IMG/VR virus record: IMGVR_UViG_3300031963_000072 | Coordinates: 17,921 to 81,920 of that record | DNA: 64,000 bases | Source of the DNA: a virus | Direction: 5' to 3' (one strand) | Part shown: piece after piece, positions 35,627 to 45,339 of the stretch | How positions within the stretch are numbered: position 1 is the stretch's first letter | How the letters are laid out: each line of letters begins with the position of its first letter | The notes under the pieces: generated by a model | The model's input: only the letters and a program-made list of their open reading frames with translations | Databases searched by the model: none | Told to the model about the DNA's origin: nothing | Made by a program: the position numbers and the translations under genes

Positions 35627-38140
35627 TCACCCACACTTGGAATTTCCGCAGGATTTGCACGTTAAGCAACCTTCCTGATAGACGAGACCGTCTGTAGCTC
35701 CGCAAGACGAGCACTTCTTGTCGGAAGTAGACTTCGTTCCATCTGGGATATAGCTCTTAAGAACTCGAGCGATGACTCTTGAGAAGCTCTGCATGTCGCT
35801 GTGCTTGTCCTTCTGAAGCTGCTCAGTGACATACTGGACGGGAATACCGTGGCGGAGGGCCAGCGAAAGTGAACGCGTGAATGCTCCGTGGAGTGGATTG
35901 GCGAAGAGCTCGACCACATCCTTGAAGACAACAACGTCATCATCACCGACAGGAATGGAGAGGTTGTATGTCGCCACACCATCCTTCTTGCCGTTCTTGA
36001 TGAGTGTTCCGTGCTTCGCCTTCTTCGGTACTTCAACGTGCGAGGAGAGGCCACAGAAGACTTCATAAGGCTTGTCATCCATCATGCCGACGAGGACGAG
36101 ATAACTTTCAGAACCTGACGTACCCTTCACGTTAATTCTGTGAATATCACACTGTAATTCCTTAGGCCTCTTTGGTGCGTGGTTTTCTGTGATGCCCGTG
36201 GGTTGTCCGTCAGCCTTCTTTTCTTCTGCCTTTGGAGCATCGGAAACAAGGACACCGGTGCGGCAACCGTCACGATACACCGTGAAGCCCTTGCAACCTG
36301 ATTCCCAAGCTGCCATGTAAACTTGGGCAACAGTCTCCTTGGTTGTGTCATTTGGAAGGTTGCAGGTCTTCGAGAGAGAGTGGCACACCCACTTCTGAGC
36401 AGCGGCCTGAAGCTTCACTGACATCTCCCAGTCGACATCGTTGGATGTAGCCTTCCAGTATGGAGACTCCTCGATCACATCGCCCTTGCCTGTGACTTCC
36501 ATCCACTTCTTATAGCCGTGGTGGTAGACCTTGTACTCCTGCCACTTGTCACCCAACTGGTCCACGAAGTCGACACGAGAATCAACATCATTTGGATTGA
36601 CCTTCTTCCTGCGTGTGTAGGAAACGAGGAATGCCGGTTCAATACCGCTGGTTGTCTGCGTGAGACACGAGACCGAACCTGCCGGGGCCGTTGTAGTGAG
36701 GGCGATGTTTCTGCGGCCGTGCTTCAGGTAATCTGAACGAAGCTCTGGATCTGCCGAGATCACCTTCTGAATGAACTCGTGCTCCGCCTCGAGCTTGTGG
36801 GAGAAGATAGGGAAGGCGCCACGTTCGGCGGCCATTCGAACGGAAGAGCGATAGGCATTCACCTCGAGAACCTTGTAGATCTCCTCGGTCTTGTCCACCG
36901 ATTCCTGAGAACCGTAGCGGATGTTGAGTGCTGCAAGAGCATCGCCCATGGCAGTAATGCCGAGGCCTGTACGGCGACCCTTCGAAGCTGCATCCTTGAT
37001 CTTGCGCCACAGGGCGAGTTCTGCGTGCTTCACAGCTTCAGACTCCGGATCCGACTCAATCTTGGAGATAATGGTGTCCACTGCCTCGAGTTCGAGGTCT
37101 ACGAGGTCATCCATCAGCCTCTGAGCAACCTTTGCGGCCCGACCGAATGCCACGTAATCAAAAGTGGCACCTGCATCATATGGGTTCTTCACGAACTTGG
37201 CGAGGTTGAGGAGGAGGAGACGGCAGGAATCGTAAGGTGAGAGAACGATCTCACCGCATGGGTTGGTGGAGACAGAGCCGTAACCGAGAGAAGCATATGC
37301 CTCTGTAGGTGTAGCCTTCTTGACCGTGTCCCAGAAGAGGAGACCTGGTTCAGCTGAGGTCCAGGCTGCATCGATGATCTGGTCCCAGACTTCCTTGGCC
37401 TTGACCACCTTAGTAACCCTGGCATCAGAAGGCGATGCATCGACTGGCCACCGAAGGGTGTATTCGGAATCGTCCTTGACGGCCTGCATGAAGTCGTCTG
37501 TAAGGCGAATGGAGATGTTTGCACCGGTAACCTTCTTAAGGTCACGCTTGATGTTGATGAATGTCTCGATCTCGGGATGATTAACGGAGACGGTCAACAT
37601 GAGAGCGCCTCTGCGGCCGCCTTGAGCGACTTCACGGCAGGTATTGGAGAAACGCTCCATGAAGACACCGATGCCGTCTGTCGTACCAGCTGCGTTCGCA
37701 GTGTGCATGCCTCGCGGACGAATGGTGGAGATGTCAAAGCCAACGCCGCCGCGGCGCTTCATGATCTGAGCCTGCTCCTGATCGGCAAAGAGAATGCCAC
37801 CATACGAATCCTCAGGGGCTGCGATGACGAAGCAGTTGGAGAGAGACTGGATCTTGTAGGGATTGCCCATCGCGGACATGGGAGAACCCTGTGGAACGAT
37901 CTCCCACTTCGACAGGTACTCGAAGATTTCTTCCTCGCTGAGCGGGTTTGGGTACTTCGCCTCGATGCGAGCGAACTCCTTGGCGAGACGCCTGTGCATG
38001 TCCGCCGGTGCCTTCTCGAGGAGAGAACCAGTTGAATCTCGCAGAGCATACTTGGAGAGAAACACAGAGGCAGCCAACTCGTCGCCTCCGAAATACTCCA
38101 ACGAACTTGCGTAAGCTTCTTCCTGTGTGTACTTAATCAT
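35627..38140 (-). CDS. nrdJ: class II (adenosylcobalamin-dependent) ribonucleotide reductase
   Basis: SLSNC, RRGGVG, RRGALM, TNPCGE, TTAPAGS, YRDG.R, C-terminal C..C..CG.SKC; GGAG SD before ATG 38140. Confidence 0.95.
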   Translation of the reverse strand: MIKYTQEEAYASSLEYFGGDELAASVFLSKYALRDSTGSLLEKAPADMHRRLAKEFARIEAKYPNPLSEEEIFEYLSKWEIVPQGSPMSAMGNPYKIQSLSNCFVIAAPEDSYGGILFADQEQAQIMKRRGGVGFDISTIRPRGMHTANAAGTTDGIGVFMERFSNTCREVAQGGRRGALMLTVSVNHPEIETFINIKRDLKKVTGANISIRLTDDFMQAVKDDSEYTLRWPVDASPSDARVTKVVKAKEVWDQIIDAAWTSAEPGLLFWDTVKKATPTEAYASLGYGSVSTNPCGEIVLSPYDSCRLLLLNLAKFVKNPYDAGATFDYVAFGRAAKVAQRLMDDLVDLELEAVDTIISKIESDPESEAVKHAELALWRKIKDAASKGRRTGLGITAMGDALAALNIRYGSQESVDKTEEIYKVLEVNAYRSSVRMAAERGAFPIFSHKLEAEHEFIQKVISADPELRSDYLKHGRRNIALTTTAPAGSVSCLTQTTSGIEPAFLVSYTRRKKVNPNDVDSRVDFVDQLGDKWQEYKVYHHGYKKWMEVTGKGDVIEESPYWKATSNDVDWEMSVKLQAAAQKWVCHSLSKTCNLPNDTTKETVAQVYMAAWESGCKGFTVYRDGCRTGVLVSDAPKAEEKKADGQPTGITENHAPKRPKELQCDIHRINVKGTSGSESYLVLVGMMDDKPYEVFCGLSSHVEVPKKAKHGTLIKNGKKDGVATYNLSIPVGDDDVVVFKDVVELFANPLHGAFTRSLSLALRHGIPVQYVTEQLQKDKHSDMQSFSRVIARVLKSYIPDGTKSTSDKKCSSCGATDGLVYQEGCLTCKSCGNSKCG

Positions 38141-38222
38141 GTTTAAAAATGTCTCCAAATGACGGGTTTATAACTATTTCGTCGAGTCGATAATTGCACT
38201 CAAGTTTCAGAACTCAATTATA

Positions 38223-39635
38223 TCACACTTCGGACGCAGGTTTTCCAAAATCCTTCTTAAGTTCTTTCCACTTGGAAAGAATTGCCTTCTTTTGTTCATC
38301 TTCCACTGCGATGCTGTTAACTTCGGGAGAATCAGACTCTCCTGTAATGTCAAATTTACTTCTTGCTGTATTGATCTTTATAGGATAGACTAGACCATCT
38401 CTACCAGCTCTGTTCTTTGCAATGTATAGACGGCCCCACCCACCTGCCTTTTCGTGGGGGCGACGTGAAACAGATACGATTACATCGCAGATCATTGCCT
38501 TGCCGTAAGCCTCAGACATGTTCGTCATGTCGATGACTTCACTGTTTGCACCGTCCTTGTTGGACTGAGATGCCGTCCAGATGGGAACGCCGATTTCCAT
38601 TGCCATACCACGCAATTCCTCATAGACGAGCTTGAGTTCATGACGAAGAGAGTCGAACTGTCGAGAAGACCTCATGATGTCTGCATAGTCAATGATGACG
38701 ATGTCAGGCTTAAACCCTTTCAAATCCAATCGCTCGATGTGTGACTTCAAAGTATAAACTGAAGCAGTATTTGTTGGATATTCCTTGATGAATAGTCTTC
38801 CAAGACGAGTCTCATCGTAATACTTTGCAACCTCGTCTTTTCTATCCATGACTTCGTTTGAATCGATGTCGCAGAGATTGGAGTCATAACGAATACCCAC
38901 AGCTGTTTCAGATAGCTCGAACGTGTAGTGGAGAACGTTCTTTCCTTCACGGAGAGCATTGGCTCCAATCATCGTGAGCCAGTGTGACTTACCGGAACCG
39001 GAGGCGCCGACGACACAGAGAAGTTCACCCTTGCCACTGCCACCGTTGAGGATCTCCTTCTTGTCGAGTTCTGGTAGACGAGTTGGGATTGTGTCGCGCT
39101 TTAGCTTAGTGAAACGGGCATCCATCTCGTTGAAGAAGTCGTGACCGACAGAAGGAGCTGTACCAACCTGAACTGCCTTCTTAATCGTCTCGACGATGGA
39201 CTCGTACTTGTTTGCCTGCATCTGGTCGACGGCAGATTCAAGAGCCTTCTTCAAGGCTTGTTTACGACAGAACTCAAGAGACTTCTCCTTGACGTATTGG
39301 AGGTCTCCTGGATCTGGGTTTGCCTTCATGCGTTGAAGATAATCGATGATCTGATCTCTGAGAATGACATCGGTTCCCGACTTCAAGTCGTCCTTGATGA
39401 TAGTCACAAGGAGCTGAAGGGATGGGTAAACCTTGTATTTACGAGAATATGCGAAGTACCTGTCGGCCAGGAACTTGAGGTAATTAACCTCAAAGTAGGA
39501 GATGTCAACAACCTCCATCATCTGCTCAGAGAACTTGTTGTCAACAAGAAGTGCCTGACAAAGCTTTTCTTGAAAGGATTTTCCAAACTGACCAAAGGAA
39601 ACTCCGTTAATCTTATTTTCGTTTTCTTGCATCAT
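38223..39635 (-). CDS. DnaB-like replicative helicase (T4 gp41-type)
   Basis: GASGSGKS, FELS, IIDYAD, WTASQ, KNR.G. Confidence 0.93.
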   Translation of the reverse strand: MMQENENKINGVSFGQFGKSFQEKLCQALLVDNKFSEQMMEVVDISYFEVNYLKFLADRYFAYSRKYKVYPSLQLLVTIIKDDLKSGTDVILRDQIIDYLQRMKANPDPGDLQYVKEKSLEFCRKQALKKALESAVDQMQANKYESIVETIKKAVQVGTAPSVGHDFFNEMDARFTKLKRDTIPTRLPELDKKEILNGGSGKGELLCVVGASGSGKSHWLTMIGANALREGKNVLHYTFELSETAVGIRYDSNLCDIDSNEVMDRKDEVAKYYDETRLGRLFIKEYPTNTASVYTLKSHIERLDLKGFKPDIVIIDYADIMRSSRQFDSLRHELKLVYEELRGMAMEIGVPIWTASQSNKDGANSEVIDMTNMSEAYGKAMICDVIVSVSRRPHEKAGGWGRLYIAKNRAGRDGLVYPIKINTARSKFDITGESDSPEVNSIAVEDEQKKAILSKWKELKKDFGKPASEV

Positions 39636-40600
39636 TTATTCTCCGAAGTGAACTTTAGACCGTCGACGCATGAGAGATCGTAAAAGAATCCCTCGTAGTC
39701 AAAATCGCTAATGCCTTCCTTCAGCAGGAGTTTGATGAGACCCATCTTATTTACTGTGGGCTTAAATGTATCCACAGCATGTTCTACACGTTTCATCTGA
39801 TCGCCTGACAACATACTTCCGTCCAGGTGGACTAGTTGCCAATTTCTAGTGACAACACTGGATTCTTCTATGACTCGCTTGTAAAGAATTCCCTTTTGAG
39901 TATGTGCGTAACTGATAAGATCTTGCAAAATAATGGTGTCTTCGCTGCCTAACATTGGAAATTTCTTTGCTACGCTCTTAAATCCAAGACCTTGAATGCC
40001 AGGTATGTTATCTGAGTCGTCACCACACAAACACTTCGCAAGTGCGAAGTTGTGTGCTCTGATTCGAAATTCTTCGAAAAGGTCTTCATCAGTGATGAAC
40101 TTTTTTCTGTATAGTGAATAGATCTTCACTTTCGATCCCAACAGCTGATACATGTCTTTGTCTGCAGATATGACAACCACGTTCTTTTCTCTAAAAGGAC
40201 CACGAACGAGAAATGCAACTATGTCATCGCCCTCACAGTCAGAGACGTATACCTGACATACAGGCACGTTCTTGAGCATGCTGAGAAGACTTATGAGTTG
40301 ATGCTGCTTGTTCTCCTCAGTATCGGGAATATCGTCGGCATAAAATCGATTAAGCTTACCTGGTTTTCTATTCGCTTTATATTCTGGGTATATCTTGCGA
40401 CGTCTTTGAGATCCTCCGCCTTCCCAGGTGATGTACACGCTTCTTGGCTGATACTCTCTGCAAAGGCGCTGCAGAGACTTGAGGAATCCTACACAGCCTC
40501 CCATTTGATATCCGTGTGAAGACATTTGTGGGAAAGCTGAGTAGGATCGCAAAAACATGTTCATGCCGTCCACAATGAAAATTGGTCTCTCGTCAGGCAT
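39632..40600 (-). CDS. 5'-3' exonuclease (Pol I N-terminal / T4 RNase H-like)
   Basis: VDG.N, YKANR, EGDD, SADKD, GD.SDNIPG. Confidence 0.93.
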   Translation of the reverse strand: MPDERPIFIVDGMNMFLRSYSAFPQMSSHGYQMGGCVGFLKSLQRLCREYQPRSVYITWEGGGSQRRRKIYPEYKANRKPGKLNRFYADDIPDTEENKQHQLISLLSMLKNVPVCQVYVSDCEGDDIVAFLVRGPFREKNVVVISADKDMYQLLGSKVKIYSLYRKKFITDEDLFEEFRIRAHNFALAKCLCGDDSDNIPGIQGLGFKSVAKKFPMLGSEDTIILQDLISYAHTQKGILYKRVIEESSVVTRNWQLVHLDGSMLSGDQMKRVEHAVDTFKPTVNKMGLIKLLLKEGISDFDYEGFFYDLSCVDGLKFTSENK

Positions 40601-40606
40601 GACTCG

Positions 40607-40636
40607 ATTCTACTTTCTCATTCACATGTTTTTCAA
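40607..40636 (-). promoter_or_regulatory. class A promoter TTGAAA-N18-TAGAAT, 6 nt before ATG
   Basis: Recurrent motif and spacing. Confidence 0.65.
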
Positions 40637-40992
40637 GCAATCGTGATATTGCCGTACCAGTGCTTTCCTACACCTTCGCCAATATCAAACAGCGCTTCAA
40701 GACGAATATTTCCATCTCCAAACATCTTTGTTCTATAAAGTCGAAACTGCTCAAAATTGGCGACTGCTTTGTGACAGCAAGAGTTAAACTCCTTGCTCTT
40801 GACAGGAGTTTGCTTATCACTGAGAAGTAGTAGTTCACATACTTTATGAGGAGCACAGACCTTGTATTCCAAGATCTTTGCAGATCCAAACTTAGCAAAG
40901 CAATGCTTCGTAAGTTCCCGTTTGCAAGTAAGAATGGCCTCGAGAAGACCGTTAAAGTCTTCCGAGACCTTCCACGTTACTTCAGTGTCCAT
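40633..40992 (-). CDS. hypothetical protein
   Basis: 119 aa, coupled to actin-like gene. Confidence 0.6.
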   Translation of the reverse strand: MDTEVTWKVSEDFNGLLEAILTCKRELTKHCFAKFGSAKILEYKVCAPHKVCELLLLSDKQTPVKSKEFNSCCHKAVANFEQFRLYRTKMFGDGNIRLEALFDIGEGVGKHWYGNITIA

Positions 40993-41996
40993 CAGAGAAT
41001 CTGCGATGCAATGAGGCAGCCACGTGCCACGGCATGAAGAGGATCGGACGCATGACGAACTTCCTTAACAGGCAGTGGGAAATTGTTCTCTCTCAACTTC
41101 TTCTCAAAGTGAGAAACGAACCCCTTGGCCTTCGTGGTGCCGCCTGCAACGACTACTGGTAGTGGGTCCTTAAACTTAGGAAGAGCCTTGTGACCGTCCA
41201 TGGCAGCAGTTAGCTGCTTCGTGGTGTAGTCGATGAGGCGATCATAATAAGAAGACACTGCAGCAAGGACCTGATTGTCGCTTGGCTTTCCAATCGTGAA
41301 GTCGCCCTGTTCCTTCTCTGCCTGAACAACAGAATCAGTCTCACCGGTAGCAACAGCAGCCATGCGATCGACCCAGTCCCCAGACTTAGTTGTGGAGAAC
41401 TTAACGATAGGCTCTCCGTTTAGAATGACACAAACGTTAACCATACCCGCGCCCCAAGACAAGGCAACACCGGTATAGTCATCGTCCGCAAGCTCCGAGT
41501 AACATAACGCCTCTGCTTCATTGATCGCCCGAGCTTCATAACCACATTCTTCGAGGACCTTCTTGACAACGTCCTCATGGTAGCCAACATCAAAATCATC
41601 ATCTTCCTGATCTACTGGTTGTGCTGGTACACAGAAGACGAGTTTCTCACCTTTCTTTGTGGCCTTCCCAGCAACTTCCTTAAGTATATACGAGAGAACA
41701 CGACGTGCGTCTTTTTCCTTGGAAGAGACAACGCCTCTGTACATGGGACGCTTAGCAGAGTCATTACGCTCCACTGCTTTCTCAATTGCGTCTTTACCTA
41801 GGATGATGTAGGAGCCATCTGCATCTTTTACGAAAACTTTTCCAGCAAGGCCCTTTTCGATCATCTTAGAAGCGATCGGCGTAGTGGGCTTAATCACATA
41901 GAAAGCGTCTCTAAAATCTTTGTAATCAACAGTTCCGCCTTCACCTTCTGATGCGAGAACAATAAATGAAGTTCCAACGTCTAATCCTTTAGCCAT
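40992..41996 (-). CDS. actin-like ATPase (MreB/MamK/ParM superfamily)
   Basis: GLDVGT, INEAEA, SWGAG, VVAGGT, PLHAVARG; start MAKGL with AGGA SD (alternative start 42068). Confidence 0.85.
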   Translation of the reverse strand: MAKGLDVGTSFIVLASEGEGGTVDYKDFRDAFYVIKPTTPIASKMIEKGLAGKVFVKDADGSYIILGKDAIEKAVERNDSAKRPMYRGVVSSKEKDARRVLSYILKEVAGKATKKGEKLVFCVPAQPVDQEDDDFDVGYHEDVVKKVLEECGYEARAINEAEALCYSELADDDYTGVALSWGAGMVNVCVILNGEPIVKFSTTKSGDWVDRMAAVATGETDSVVQAEKEQGDFTIGKPSDNQVLAAVSSYYDRLIDYTTKQLTAAMDGHKALPKFKDPLPVVVAGGTTKAKGFVSHFEKKLRENNFPLPVKEVRHASDPLHAVARGCLIASQIL

Positions 41997-42069
41997 GCGC
42001 TTTTTTATCCTTTCATCTGTAACAGGTGCCTTTTTAGTTAAAAAACCTGCTCCGAAACCCGTTGCCATT

Positions 42070-42393
42070 TTAACTATCTTTCATCTTCTTGAGTTGCGCT
42101 AGTTTGCTAGCAGCAGAAGATATGTTGTCGCTAGTAGTTGAAACAACACCTAGCTGCTTCCCTTTTGACTCCATTCCATCTGTGGAAATGTCAGTAACAT
42201 ACTTGGAATCATCTATGGAAATTTTTGATTTTACAGGATTGTTTTGCTTTTGCTCTCTTGCGACCGAAGACACAAAAGATGTGGTGCCGCCTAAGACAGG
42301 AGAATCATTCCGGGAGAATGATCTCTTAAAGGTGTCTAGCGAACCGGCTATGTACCCCAAAGCAAACGTAAGAATGAATAAAAAACTTTCCAT
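42070..42393 (-). CDS. small membrane-anchored protein
   Basis: N-terminal FLFILTFALGYIAG TM; basic C-terminal helix. Confidence 0.7.
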   Translation of the reverse strand: MESFLFILTFALGYIAGSLDTFKRSFSRNDSPVLGGTTSFVSSVAREQKQNNPVKSKISIDDSKYVTDISTDGMESKGKQLGVVSTTSDNISSAASKLAQLKKMKDS

Positions 42394-42395
42394 TA

Positions 42396-42824
42396 TTACT
42401 TCCCTGTGCTACCAAAGCCGCCTTCTCCTCTTTCAGTGCTGCTAAGAGTTTCTACGTGCTTCATGTCTGCATGAACGACAGGCATAAAAACCAGTTGAGC
42501 GATCCTGTCTCCCTTCTTGACAGTATAACGCAGGGAGTTGTGGTTTATAAGAAGAACTTTAATTTCTCCCCTGTAGTCTGAATCAATAATACCGGGAGAA
42601 TTAAGGACGGTCAATCCGTACTTAAGCGCAAGGCCCGACCTAGGACAAACCTGTGCTACATATCCTCGAGGTATTTCAAGGTGAAGTCCCGTTGAGACAG
42701 AAGCCCATTTGCCGGGTGGGAATGTGACTTCTTCGCTGGCGACAAGATCGCAACCGGCAGAACCAGGAGTTGCGTAGAGAGGTGGTACCTGGTTTCTATA
42801 TCCAACAATAATACTTTCACTCAT
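42396..42824 (-). CDS. dut: trimeric dUTPase
   Basis: AGCDL, PRSGLA, GIIDSDYRGE, GDRIAQ, RGEGGFGSTG. Confidence 0.96.
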   Translation of the reverse strand: MSESIIVGYRNQVPPLYATPGSAGCDLVASEEVTFPPGKWASVSTGLHLEIPRGYVAQVCPRSGLALKYGLTVLNSPGIIDSDYRGEIKVLLINHNSLRYTVKKGDRIAQLVFMPVVHADMKHVETLSSTERGEGGFGSTGK

Positions 42825-43998
42825 CAGACGTTATCTCCTCTTCGATAAGCTGTTCAATTGTACCTGGATTGATAGACAAGGCAGCATCAATGACAGCATC
42901 AACATACTTCTTGTACTTCTCATCCTTCATTACTTCACCGAAGTCTGCCTTATAGAACTTCTTGGTGATGAGGACCTCTCCCGTCTTCTCAGAAGAAACG
43001 ATGAGTTCTTTCCATGCACCCTCTCCCGTGATAGAGACCTTGTTGTCTTCAAAGACGACTCCTCCATTTTCCTTGCAGTGAGTGCGCACTTCGTCGAAGA
43101 TGTACTCGTGCTCCACGATTCCCTTGCCAAAGATGATGTCAAACTCGCACTTCTTGAAGGGAGGAGCAACCTTGTTCTTCTTAAGAGTGCAGATGACGTG
43201 AATACCGATGATGTTGCCGTCCTTGTCCTTCACGGGCATGCCGCTTGTGAGGGAGATACGAACAGAAGCGTGGAAAGGAATCGCCTTGCCGCCTGGTGTG
43301 GTGGTGGGATCACCGTACATGACGCCAATCTTGTCGCGGATCTGGTTGATGCAGATGAGCGTCACGTTGTTCTGCCCAATGACACCTGTGATCTTGCGCA
43401 TGCCCTTGGAGATGACGCGCGCCTGAAGACCGATCGTGTTGTCCTCATACTCACCGTCGAGTTCGGCCTTGGGTGAAGTTGCGGCGACTGAGTCCCAGAT
43501 GACGACGATGGGAACGTTCTTTTCAACGATCTGCTTCGCTTTTGTGATGGTTGACTCGATAATAGAGAACACCTCTTCTGTGCAGTGAGTGTCGACGTAG
43601 ACGAATCTCTTACGTACATCGATGCCCATATCGGACAACTTTTGGACTGGGGTAGCATTCTCCGTGTCCACGTAGACGACAAGCCCGCCCATCTTTTGGG
43701 CGACAGCCGCAGCATGGTAAGCTAAATGTGACTTACCGCTTGAGGGAGCACCGGAAATCTCAATAATTCTACCTTCAGGATAGCCACCATCAGCAGCATT
43801 CCTAATGGCATAGTTGAGTTGAATTGAGCCCGTATCAATCCATCGCTTCACGATGGTAGGTGCATCCATCTCAGAGAGATTGTAAGCGACGCGAGTTCCA
43901 AATTCTTTGTTAATTGACGTGATGAGATCTTTCATCATGTCATCAACTTCTGACTTCTTGGAAAGAGACTGTTCAGTATCTTTTTCTTTTTTTGCCAT
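42817..43998 (-). CDS. recA: RecA/UvsX-like recombinase
   Basis: GRIIEI.GAPSSGKS, WDSVAA, INQIR.KIG.MYG.P..TPGG. Confidence 0.95.
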   Translation of the reverse strand: MAKKEKDTEQSLSKKSEVDDMMKDLITSINKEFGTRVAYNLSEMDAPTIVKRWIDTGSIQLNYAIRNAADGGYPEGRIIEISGAPSSGKSHLAYHAAAVAQKMGGLVVYVDTENATPVQKLSDMGIDVRKRFVYVDTHCTEEVFSIIESTITKAKQIVEKNVPIVVIWDSVAATSPKAELDGEYEDNTIGLQARVISKGMRKITGVIGQNNVTLICINQIRDKIGVMYGDPTTTPGGKAIPFHASVRISLTSGMPVKDKDGNIIGIHVICTLKKNKVAPPFKKCEFDIIFGKGIVEHEYIFDEVRTHCKENGGVVFEDNKVSITGEGAWKELIVSSEKTGEVLITKKFYKADFGEVMKDEKYKKYVDAVIDAALSINPGTIEQLIEEEITSDE

Positions 43999-44018
43999 TT
44001 TAATACTCTCTAATAATA

Positions 44019-44045
44019 ATGGCGCCCAGTTTTCCTGGGCGCCAT
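44019..44045. terminator. hairpin after SSB gene (terminator or processing site)
   Basis: ATGGCGCCCAG-TTTTC-CTGGGCGCCAT perfect 11-bp stem. Confidence 0.75.
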
Positions 44046-44054
44046 CTTAAGACA

Positions 44055-44894
44055 TCAATCTTCGCCAATTAAGTCTGCAAATGCATCATCTAGAGACTGC
44101 TTTTTAGATTCAGTCTTCTCAGGCTTCTTTGAAGGAGACTTCTTGTCAGGAGACTGCTTGACTTCAGCTACCAAGCTTTCAAGCTCATCAACGGGTTCTG
44201 CGCCGCGAGTTGAGCCACCATCCTGGGCGGGTTCACTGCCGCCACCGTTGAGCCAGTTATTAAGTACAGCTTCAATCTCTTGCGTCGACTTAAGTCTGTA
44301 CATGTCGTCAATATTGGGGATATTATCCAGCCACTTCTGTGCCGTGGATGAGTCACTGTGAAGTGGCGTCGACTTACGTGCAGGATCGACGGTCGTGTCA
44401 TTGAACTGCTTGCCTGGTTGCTTCGAGATCGTCACCTTGAGATCGAAGCCTTCGGACGGAGAGAGGATGTCGCCAACCTCTTCGTCGAGGAAGAATCCAA
44501 GCATTCTCTGGTAAACAAGTTTACCAAAGCTCCAAATCTGGACGCCTTTGTCCTCCTCGCCACGAACAATTACAGGGGCATAGCAACGCATCTTTGGAGC
44601 TAGCTTCTTGGCGAGTACTCGGTCATCCGGCTTTCCGCTGCTATAGAGCTTTCTGATAAGATCATCGATAGGGTCGGGCTTTCCAAATTGCTTTGGTGTC
44701 AAAATACCTGAATTATCACCAATGTAATAAAACCACCTCTCTGCAAAAGGCTGACCATCTGGTGTGTTCTTCCAAGGCAGACAACGAACCTTGTGTTCAC
44801 CGAGTCCTGGCTTCCACATCTGTACCGAAGAAGTCTTCTTGACACCGCTGAGTTCTGCCACACGACGCTTAATTGCTTCCAAATCGATTGCCAT
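44055..44894 (-). CDS. single-stranded DNA-binding protein (T4 gp32-like)
   Basis: WKP...VR.LP, DPI, VRGEE..GV.IW.FGK..Y, G.D; acidic tail LDDAFADL; start moved to MAIDL. Confidence 0.85.
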   Translation of the reverse strand: MAIDLEAIKRRVAELSGVKKTSSVQMWKPGLGEHKVRCLPWKNTPDGQPFAERWFYYIGDNSGILTPKQFGKPDPIDDLIRKLYSSGKPDDRVLAKKLAPKMRCYAPVIVRGEEDKGVQIWSFGKLVYQRMLGFFLDEEVGDILSPSEGFDLKVTISKQPGKQFNDTTVDPARKSTPLHSDSSTAQKWLDNIPNIDDMYRLKSTQEIEAVLNNWLNGGGSEPAQDGGSTRGAEPVDELESLVAEVKQSPDKKSPSKKPEKTESKKQSLDDAFADLIGED

Positions 44895-44979
44895 GATTAT
44901 TCCTATTCCTTTTCCTCTATTCGCCTGCAGACAATAGCACCACACCACGTGGTGAACCATCGCCGTTATTTGAATCCTC

Positions 44980-45009
44980 AAACTAACACAAGGAGGATTG
45001 ACTGTTCAA
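44980..45009 (-). promoter_or_regulatory. class A promoter TTGAAC-N18-TAGTTT with long leader to SSB
   Basis: Recurrent motif and spacing. Confidence 0.55.
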
Positions 45010-45029
45010 AATAGTTGTCACAATAGAGA

Positions 45030-45320
45030 TCACTTCCAACGAGCAAAGTTCTTCTTGCTCTTCTTGAGCTTCTGACCCGGCTTCGTTGGGTTTGCGCCCA
45101 CGTCTGCCGAGGAAGCTCCAAGAGGCGCGGTGTAACCTGCGATATTGGCGACAACGTTCATCTCGTCCATCTCTTCCTTCTCCTCTTCCGAATCCTTATT
45201 CGCATCATTTTTTTTGCTATCTTGCTTCTTAGATCCCTTTGGAATCATCTGATTGGGTACGCGATAATCAGTCACCTCTGCGAGGACTGCTTCTATGTAC
45301 TGTCTCAGTAAAGCGCTCAT
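45030..45320 (-). CDS. hypothetical protein (LLRQYIEAVLAE motif)
   Basis: 96 aa; ATACTTA 5 nt upstream. Confidence 0.7.
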   Translation of the reverse strand: MSALLRQYIEAVLAEVTDYRVPNQMIPKGSKKQDSKKNDANKDSEEEKEEMDEMNVVANIAGYTAPLGASSADVGANPTKPGQKLKKSKKNFARWK

Positions 45321-45339
45321 GAGGATAAGTATTCAAGAG

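Noticed and set aside
15524-38140. Inteins or group I introns in dnaE and nrdJ
   Set aside because: Both frames are continuous and normal length with no C...HN splicing motifs; the acidic insert in the DnaE PHP domain is short
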